Assembly: GCA_016840465.1 (NCBI GenBank)
Contig: JAEOSH010000004.1
Span: 30,001-62,000, forward strand
From: Candidatus Baldrarchaeum yapensis
Lineage (GTDB): Archaea; Asgardarchaeota; Baldrarchaeia; Baldrarchaeales; Baldrarchaeaceae
Direction: 5' to 3'
Length of the DNA stretch: 32,000 bases
In this document: one piece after another, positions 25,570-32,000 of the stretch
Layout: each line of letters starts with the position of its first letter
Position numbering within the stretch: position 1 is the stretch's first letter
Program-made: the position numbers and the translations under genes
Notes under the pieces: generated by a model
What the model was told of the DNA's origin: nothing
What the model saw: the letters and a program-made list of their open reading frames with translations, nothing else
Databases searched by the model: none

Positions 25570-26538
25570 ATGTCCGTAAGCATTTTTAAAAACATCATTT
25601 GTTGGCATGCCCCCGTGGCGGGGGCGTTGAGAGTGAAAGTACATAGAGTCCTATTGAGGGCGGACTTGCCCTTCCTTGTAGATGTGAATGTGTACCTGGT
25701 GGGGGCGGGACGTGAGTGGGTACTTGTAGATAGCGGTTACGGCAGGGAGGGGATGGTCGACATAGTCGAGAAAGAAGTGCAGAGAATTGCCGGTTCTGTT
25801 GCCAATTTGAAGGGGATTCTGGTCACACATGCTCACATCGATCACTTTGGTGGCGCAACGGTACTTAAGAGAAAGGGATGCGTGAGGGTGATGATGCACA
25901 AAGTGGGAGCTCCGATGCTCGAGGACTTCAGGAGACTTGCGGAGAAGTACTTTGGAATGCGCGAAGAGGAAGAACGGAAATATGTGAACGTTTTTCTTAA
26001 GGAAATATGTGGAGCCTCCGAAACACGAGTCGATGAAACATTGGAGGATGGAAGCGAGGTCGAAGTTGCGGGAAGCGTGCTCAGGGCGGTGCACACACCC
26101 GGACATTCTCCATGTCACGTTTGCTTCTACGACCCGGACAATAGAGTTCTGTTCTCAGGCGACCTGATAATAAGCGAGAGGAGCACGTGGATAGGGTACC
26201 CCTCCGGGGACGTGGGGCTCTATCTGGACAGCGTCAGAAGGTTGTCAAAATTGAAGATCGACGTAATATACCCAGCACATGGGGGAGTCATCGACAACCC
26301 TGCGGAGAAAATAAAGGAGGTGATAAGGCATAAGGAGGAAAGACTTTCGGAGGTCTACTCGCTACTTAAAGAAAAGCCTCGAACGATTGCTGAAATCGCA
26401 AAGATAATTTATGCAAATGTTCCTTGGCCCCGAGGAAGGTGGCTCGAAAGGGCCATTAAGGCGTACATTGTCGAGTTAGAGAAGCGGAGAAGGGTAAGAA
26501 GGGTAAAAGAGCAACCCGAAGTTTATGAAGCAATTTAA
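25570..26538 (+). CDS. Metallo-beta-lactamase fold hydrolase with C-terminal winged helix
   Basis: LVDSG, THAHIDHFGG, HTPGHSPCH, FSGD and PAHG. The true start may be GTG 25633. Confidence 0.9.
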   Translation: MSVSIFKNIICWHAPVAGALRVKVHRVLLRADLPFLVDVNVYLVGAGREWVLVDSGYGREGMVDIVEKEVQRIAGSVANLKGILVTHAHIDHFGGATVLKRKGCVRVMMHKVGAPMLEDFRRLAEKYFGMREEEERKYVNVFLKEICGASETRVDETLEDGSEVEVAGSVLRAVHTPGHSPCHVCFYDPDNRVLFSGDLIISERSTWIGYPSGDVGLYLDSVRRLSKLKIDVIYPAHGGVIDNPAEKIKEVIRHKEERLSEVYSLLKEKPRTIAEIAKIIYANVPWPRGRWLERAIKAYIVELEKRRRVRRVKEQPEVYEAI

Positions 26539-26707
26539 AAATCTTGATTTGAAAAATCCTGCCAACACCTTCGTAATTCACTTAAAATCTAAAGATGGAT
26601 CCAATTTTACGCATCGAGATAGGGTCTGCATACTTCTTGAGTAATAAGTCCGCCCGAAGAGAGGAAACTATCGTGAGAAAGGATTAATTGGAGGTTCGCA
26701 TAATAGT

Positions 26708-26932
26708 TTATGTGTGCCCCGGTGGCTTAGTGGCTAGAGCGCCCGCTTGGTAAGCGGGAGATCCCGGGTTCAAATCCCGGCCGGGGCTCCAAAATTCGTT
26801 CTCGTCCGACAATATTTTCCGCAGCGTCTCCTCGAGCGTGCGCTCCAGCAGCCGCGAGACGTTAAGCCCGAAGTACCGTGCGCGTTCTACCAAATCCGAG
26901 CGGACATAGACTGATACCCACTTCTTTCTCAT
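26708..26932 (-). mobile_element. Probable N-terminal fragment of a split (SSV/pTN3-type) integrase: RHH/CcdA-like domain reading antisense through the tRNA
   Basis: MRKKWVSVYVRSDLVERARYFGLNVSRLLERTLEETLRKIL (RHH-like) runs without a stop into the tRNA antisense strand (WSPGRDLNPGSP...) and ends just beyond the tRNA 5' end. Confidence 0.6.
26716..26791 (+). tRNA. tRNA-Thr(GGT), intronless, CCA encoded
   Basis: Acceptor stem GCCCCGG/CCGGGGC, anticodon arm CCCGC-TTGGTAA-GCGGG, T arm GGTTCAAATCC, discriminator U, then CCA. Confidence 0.97.
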
Positions 26933-27253
26933 ATAATTCTGTGCATGCATATGCATACTTGTGCAGATACCAGTTAAAAATACCGTATGCAGTACGAGAC
27001 GTGGTCAAAGTTCCAAGTGTTCAATCGGTGACGAGATTCTATGCATCTTTTACTAAATCTGAGCAAATTTTTAGCGGAAATCACGTCTTCCGCTTATGCA
27101 TACACAGAACGACATCAAAATACCATTAATTATCATGTATGTGAAGCGGCAACAAGAGTAAATATCGTACGCGGATACTTATATACCGCTCACGTGTCAA
27201 TCAGGTAAAATTATCGGTGAAGTTACCAAGAAACTGGCACAGGTTTCGTAACA

Positions 27254-27277
27254 TTTATAACTTACCTTGGTAAGTTA
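27254..27277 (+). promoter_or_regulatory. TATA-like box followed by a 20-bp palindrome
   Basis: TTTATAA at 27254-27260; TAACTTACC-TT-GGTAAGTTA at 27258-27277 with perfect 9-bp arms, upstream of the ATPase remnant. Confidence 0.5.
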
Positions 27278-27309
27278 CCGAACCGATCAGTAAGCTATAG
27301 CTATATTGA

Positions 27310-28071
27310 AGTGATACTCATACGCTTAGGCTCTTACCATTCTTCGTAGATAGGGAGGAGGAATTAGCTTTTCTCAAGACGATTATCAGAGCGAGTGGAA
27401 CTCTGCTCATAAAGGGGCGCAGAGGTTCCGGGAAGACCGCGGTAGTGGTAAAGTTGCTGGAAGAGTTAGAGAAGGAGGGGATGAAGTGCGTGTTTATAGA
27501 CTGTCAGCGACTGTCGAGGGTGATAGACCTGGTAAAAATCGCCATGAAGGAGCTAGAAGAGCGTTTTCTCACTCCCAGAAATGGAGATAGAGAGTCCCTC
27601 GAGAAACTTTTTGCAATTTTAGGGGAGGAAGATGTGCGGGTTGTCGCATTTGACGAATTTGTATTCTTGGTAAAGTGTCTTTCTAGGCGCGAGGACTACG
27701 GAAATACTGAGTCCATGGTGGCGCGTTTGAGAGCACTCGCATCGACTGCTCCGTTCTCAACAGTCTTCACTTCAAGTTCCCTAAGGGAAGTACGTGCAAT
27801 GATGAGCACGCATAGAAGGGTCATAGCAAGAGGATTTGATGCGATCCTTGGTTTAAAGCCGCTATCCTTTAAGCACTCGGTGGAGTTCATCAAAAAGGCT
27901 TCAGCACTGTACGGCATCGACATACCGGAGGATGATACGCTGAAGATGGCAATATACGGCGATGAAATACCTTTTTACATGCTATCTCTCGTGAGATCAT
28001 ACGTAATGGCTAAAAGTGCTGACAACGCGCTTAAGGAGGAACTCACGAATAGACCAGTTGAGAGATCTTAA
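27310..28071 (+). pseudogene. Archaeal AAA+ ATPase (ATPase_2-like) remnant
   Basis: FVDREEEL (from 27343), Walker A GRRGSGKT and Walker B FDEF are in frame, but there is an in-frame TGA at 27307 and no ATG/GTG/TTG before Walker A. The frame ends soon after the GDEIPFY motif, with no C-terminal domain. Confidence 0.7.
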
Positions 28072-28191
28072 AAAAAGATAAAAATGGGGCCGTTTTTCTA
28101 AGTCTTCCCGAAGCAATGAGGCTATGGTTTTCGGCATCTCTATCGGAACAAATAAGAGGAAACCCGGATACTTAGGTTGAGAGGGATTCCA

Positions 28192-28717
28192 ATGTATCGC
28201 ATTGAGGTTCAATCTCTTACATTATCTGTCCCGAGAGAGATTATCGAAAAGGCCGAGAGAAAGGGTGTAGATTTAGAGTCATTAATACTAGAGGTGTTGA
28301 TAGAAAAGCTCGATCTTAATCCTGATGATGCTTCAAAAATCCATATTAGTCGAGCAAAGAAGTTTCTAGACGAGGGAAAGGAATTAATAAGTAAGGATTC
28401 CGTGCAGGCCAGTGAAAAGTTGTATAAGGCCGCAGAGGAGTGCGTTAAGGGGCTCACTTATTACTTCAATATCGAAGACGTAATAAACGAGGGAAGGAGG
28501 AGGGGGAGATGGACAGTTTCATTGCTCGAAAAAGCGGTGGAGGAAATTTCAGAGAAGCTGGGTACGTGGTTTCGAAGAAGCGTGGGACAGAGCAAATTAC
28601 CTCCATGCCTGGGGCTTCCACGAGGCAAAACTCGATGTCATTGCGGTGGAGAGAAGAGCACCTTACGTGGAGAAAATGGTAAATGAAGCCCTAAAGATAA
28701 TTTTTGGACCCGCATAA
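28192..28717 (+). pseudogene. PaREP1 family protein with a +1 frameshift
   Basis: DSVQASEKLYKAAEE...GRW in frame 1. After removing one T at 28570-28572 the frame continues FEEAWDRANYLHAWGFHEAKLD... to TAA at 28717. Confidence 0.85.
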
Positions 28718-28901
28718 GATAGAGATACCGAATGACATTCGAGAGTAGCGGTATTATTCTCCAAACATTATGTGGCGTTTTTAAGTGCGACATTTAGTCG
28801 GATATGAGTACTTCTAATGACTCCAATCCACACATTGAAAAATGTATGTGCTATTGTAAAACTTGGTTGTAATAACTCATACAACAATCGGGATGATATT
28901 T

Positions 28902-30128
28902 ATGCCAGAAGAGTTCTTTACAGAAAAATCCAAGGACGCCGTCAAAATATGTGACGATGTGTACTGGGTTGGCGCAATCGATTACAAAATCAGGGACTTC
29001 CACGGGTATTTTACGCCGCATGGCACCACATACAACGCGTATCTGATCCTCGGAGATGAGCCCATCCTTATCGACACTGTGAAGAGGGGGTTCTTCGGGG
29101 AAATGCTGAGCAGGATAAGCAGCGTGGTCGAGCCGGAGGAGATAAAGTATATCGTAGCACTGCACTCCGAGTTAGACCACTCCGGCAGTCTTCCCGCAAT
29201 TTTGAAGATAGCAAAGCATGCGAGAGTAATAGCGTCGGAAAAATGCCAAGAGTTTTTAAAACTGCACCACCACAACCTTAACTTACAGGTCCTCACCGTC
29301 GAAGATGGAACGACATTGAAGATCGGCAACATGACGTGTACGTTCCTCAACGCGTCGATGCTCCACTGGCCCGACAACACAATGCTCTTCCTACATGAAA
29401 GAGGAATCCTATTCTCAAGCGATGCGTTCGGACAACATCTGGCAACGCGCGAGAGGTTTTCCGACCAGGTGTCTAATGACGTGGTCATGTACGAGGCTAA
29501 GAAGTACTACGCAAACATAATATCAAGATACGCCGCCGTAGTCACCAAAAAACTGAATGATCTCCTCAGTAGGAACTTTAACATTGAGATTATTGCCCCG
29601 GCACATGGAGTAATATGGCGCGGGGATCTCAAGGGGATCCTAGATGCGTACCTCAAGTGGAGCAACGGGGTTCCCGAGAAAAAGGCGGTAGTGGTATATG
29701 ATACAATGTGGGGAAGCACCGCGAGAATGGCGCACGCAATAGCGAGCGGGATCATGAGTAAGGGAGTGAAGGTGAAGGTCTTTAACCTGAGGAGCACGGA
29801 CAGGTCGGAGGTCCTTACCGAGGTCTTAGATGCATGTGCGATTGTCGTGGGCTCCCCCACGCTAAACAACACCATGTTTCCAACAGTTGCAGATTTCCTC
29901 ACATATCTGAAGGGCTTCAAGTTAAAGAATAAGATAGGCGCCGCATTCGGATCTTACGGGTGGAGCGGTGAGGCGCCCAAAGAGGTACTCGATATTCTGA
30001 AATCCATGGGGTTCGAGGTCATAGAACCTCCCCTCAGAACAAAGTACGTGCCGTCAGAGGAAGACCTCGCCAAATGCCAAGAATTCGGCACAAAAATAAG
30101 CGATATGGTGCTATCCAAAACCGCTTAA
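28902..30128 (+). CDS. fprA: Flavodiiron protein (type A flavoprotein; MBL-like + flavodoxin domains)
   Basis: GTTYNAYL, HSELDHSG, LHWPDN, SSDAFG, APAHG, YDTMWGST and FGSYGWSGEA. Confidence 0.93.
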   Translation: MPEEFFTEKSKDAVKICDDVYWVGAIDYKIRDFHGYFTPHGTTYNAYLILGDEPILIDTVKRGFFGEMLSRISSVVEPEEIKYIVALHSELDHSGSLPAILKIAKHARVIASEKCQEFLKLHHHNLNLQVLTVEDGTTLKIGNMTCTFLNASMLHWPDNTMLFLHERGILFSSDAFGQHLATRERFSDQVSNDVVMYEAKKYYANIISRYAAVVTKKLNDLLSRNFNIEIIAPAHGVIWRGDLKGILDAYLKWSNGVPEKKAVVVYDTMWGSTARMAHAIASGIMSKGVKVKVFNLRSTDRSEVLTEVLDACAIVVGSPTLNNTMFPTVADFLTYLKGFKLKNKIGAAFGSYGWSGEAPKEVLDILKSMGFEVIEPPLRTKYVPSEEDLAKCQEFGTKISDMVLSKTA

Positions 30129-30303
30129 AGGAATCATCTTAGCCCGCTGTTTGTAGCAATTATCTTTTTTCTTTCATCTAAGAACATTTAATTTAAACCC
30201 GTTCTTTCCGTAATCGCTAAAACGATAAAAACATCCGTATGCTCCACACCGTTGTCCATCGTTCCGTTTTCGCAGATTTATATACGGAGAGTTCTGTAAA
30301 TAA

Positions 30304-30819
30304 ATGAATGAGCACGGAGGGGCTTCGTTGACAGTAGAGCTGCCCGAGAAAATCTTTAAGGTAATAGCAGAGGAGGCACGTAGAAAGAAGAAGACGATAG
30401 AAGGTGTAATAGTGGAGAGGTTCATAGAGGGTCTCGATCCCAGAGCGAGGGTTGAAGTGTACATGGAGTTGTTCGATAAATACTTGCGAGAGGCGGATGA
30501 GAACTACCAGAGGGGAGATTTGCCACAGACGGGTGAGAAGTACTGGAGAGCCGTGACATCCCTCTTAAACGCAATCGGAGAACTGGAGTCCCTCCCCCAC
30601 TATACCCATAGGGACTATGTCGAAATCGTCGAACATATTGCCGAAAAGTATAGCGACCCCGAAATATCGACCCTTTTCAGACTGGTGGAGGGGCTTCATG
30701 CAAACTTCTATCATAATTTCCTCAGAAAGATGACCTTCGAAAGTCATAGAAGTGGCGTTCTCACTCTCATTAAAAAGCTAGGGTCGGTAATTGAGAATCT
30801 AATGCGGAAAAAACTTTGA
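30304..30819 (+). CDS. PaREP1 family protein with N-terminal RHH-like segment
   Basis: GDLPQTGEKYWRAV and LHANFYH motifs; TTTATATA box at about 30277. Confidence 0.8.
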   Translation: MNEHGGASLTVELPEKIFKVIAEEARRKKKTIEGVIVERFIEGLDPRARVEVYMELFDKYLREADENYQRGDLPQTGEKYWRAVTSLLNAIGELESLPHYTHRDYVEIVEHIAEKYSDPEISTLFRLVEGLHANFYHNFLRKMTFESHRSGVLTLIKKLGSVIENLMRKKL

Positions 30820-30855
30820 TTATTTGCGAATCAATGTTTTATCCCGGACATCGCA

Positions 30856-31095
30856 TCATCCGAAAGAAGTTTTCACAACTTCGAAACTCTCACAGATGCT
30901 AATGCGGCCTTCTCCGCATCGGATGAGTATATGAAGATCTTACCTCTCTTAATTTTATTTTTCAATATCTATTCTTTTTCTCCTCAATACGGTTTTTATG
31001 CTATTAACTAGGATGTTTTCCATTCTCGATCTGACTCTATCGGACTTTAGGGCTATTTCCCCGTATCTGACGATGACGGTGTCGTACACTTTCAT
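30856..31095 (-). pseudogene. thiI: tRNA sulfurtransferase ThiI N-terminal fragment, frameshifted
   Basis: MKVYDTVIVRYGEIALKSDRVRSRMENILVNSI, then TAA after an A run. KRGKIFIY..AEKAA..VRV continues in another frame, and a second shift gives FEVVKTSFG*. No PP-loop domain follows. Confidence 0.8.
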
Positions 31096-31111
31096 GAAAC
31101 CCCATACATTT

Positions 31112-31673
31112 TCATGTTAAGGGGCATATAGGGCTCGATGTAAGTAGCTTATCAAAGGCAATAGACATAGTCGAAAAATTCAAGCGCTGCCCGAGGGTCT
31201 TCATGATCTGCACGTGCTCCGGGGATTATAACCTGATACTAATACTCATTGCGGAAAACTTTGATTCTCTGAGAGCCTTCATTGAGAAGAATATACGAAG
31301 TATCGCGGAGGTCAGAAAGATTAGCGTGAATTTCGGAGACGTTGTGCGTCCCGATTTCGTTCCGATCCCATTCAGGATACATGACCCCTGTTGTATTCCC
31401 AATTGTGATGAATGCGAAATGCTCAAGGACCTTCAAATTTGCTCGGGATGTGCCATGTGCAGGTTTAGCTTTCGAGGATTGATGTTCGCCTGGACTTTCA
31501 TCACTCCCTCTCTCACAAGTCTTGATATGCAATCCCGTACGGACGGGTGCTTCAGCCCCACCTTCTCTCCTAAGCTTACGAGGCTCTCCCTTCCGTTATC
31601 TTGGAGTTCCGCTATGAGTTTTTACGTCGATGCTGTCCAGCTGGGGTACATCCTTTCTGACCCTTTTCTCCAT
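31112..31673 (-). pseudogene. Lrp/AsnC regulator with C-terminal Cys cluster, broken by an internal inversion (31125-31450) and a +1 frameshift
   Basis: HTH on the minus strand (31673 to 31448); ligand-binding and Cys part on the plus strand (31125-31450). Re-inverting and removing one A gives one 187-codon frame. Confidence 0.85.
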
Positions 31674-31755
31674 TTCGTACACACTGTCTACAATTTGTAG
31701 GGATAATCATATATTTGCCTACTGATTGTAAGTAAAGGTGCCGCGAGGGTGTCAT

Positions 31756-31974
31756 ATGGTGAAGCGAAGGGTTGGTCTGAAAATCAGAGGTATGCGGTGT
31801 ATTGGTTGTGTTGAAACGATAAAGGGCGCACTTAAGCGCATTGATGGAGTTCTAGACGTAAATATAGATTTGGAGTCGGGAAACGCGGTCATAATATTCG
31901 ATGATGAAAAGACGTCTCTGGATGCGTTGGTTGGGGTTGGCGAGATAAAGAGACTGGGGTACGATGTTACATGA
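31756..31974 (+). CDS. copZ: Heavy-metal-associated (HMA) domain protein, CopZ-like chaperone
   Basis: GMRCIGC (GMxCxxC) and terminal GYDV; GAGGGTG RBS before ATG 31756. Confidence 0.85.
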   Translation: MVKRRVGLKIRGMRCIGCVETIKGALKRIDGVLDVNIDLESGNAVIIFDDEKTSLDALVGVGEIKRLGYDVT

Positions 31975-32000
31975 CGAACGTTACCACATCTTCGCTCTTT

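Noticed and set aside
26945-26956. ATGCATATGCAT palindrome upstream of the RHH ORF
   Set aside because: Possible RHH operator, but low complexity and single copy.
30856-31114. In-frame TGA/TAA codons as selenocysteine or recoding sites
   Set aside because: They coincide with frameshifts and non-Cys positions; no SECIS-like structure was seen; pseudogenisation is the simpler explanation.
31203-31700. 165-aa Cys-rich ORF as an intact gene
   Set aside because: Chimera: the first part is the inverted Lrp C-half and the tail is the antisense of the Lrp HTH.
31971-32000. ATG overlapping the copZ stop (ATGA), possible next gene
   Set aside because: Only 10 codons are visible, so it cannot be identified.

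Overview
Archaeal chromosomal window. Evidence: archaeosine tRNA-guanine transglycosylase, thiolase/DUF35 pair, PaREP1 genes, TATA/BRE promoters and GGTG/GGAGG ribosome-binding sites. A stand-alone Rab-like GTPase plus E/K/R-rich proteins suggests a thermophilic Asgard archaeon, but this is inference only. Bases 1-26.5 kb are gene-dense and intact. They hold a sugar-phosphate nucleotidyltransferase (partial), NikR, DUF4443, the Rab-like GTPase, Lrp, thiolase+DUF35, an HDAC-family enzyme lacking the catalytic Tyr, an MFS transporter, tgtA, a small Zn-ribbon protein, a fucose-isomerase-like protein and an orphan HerA-like ATPase with a coiled-coil tail. They also hold a six-gene operon (variant CbiM/Q/O ECF transporter, DtxR-family regulator with a rewired metal site, metal TIM-barrel enzyme, MNT-HEPN fusion) with a tandem palindromic operator on its TATA box. 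Further along are a heptad-repeat PD-(D/E)XK protein, an MSMEG_0568-type radical SAM coupled to a GNAT, a nucleoside phosphorylase coupled to a 469-aa unknown, a Yip1-like protein, GT2, DUF2116, a second radical SAM and an MBL hydrolase. From tRNA-Thr(GGT) at 26716 the sequence looks like a decaying integration island. It contains a ribbon-helix-helix ORF reading antisense through the tRNA (split-integrase IntN signature), a broken ATPase, two PaREP1 genes (one frameshifted), intact fprA, a frameshifted thiI fragment, a Cys-tailed Lrp gene cut in two by an internal 326-bp inversion, and a CopZ-like HMA gene. No CRISPR array or rRNA was seen.
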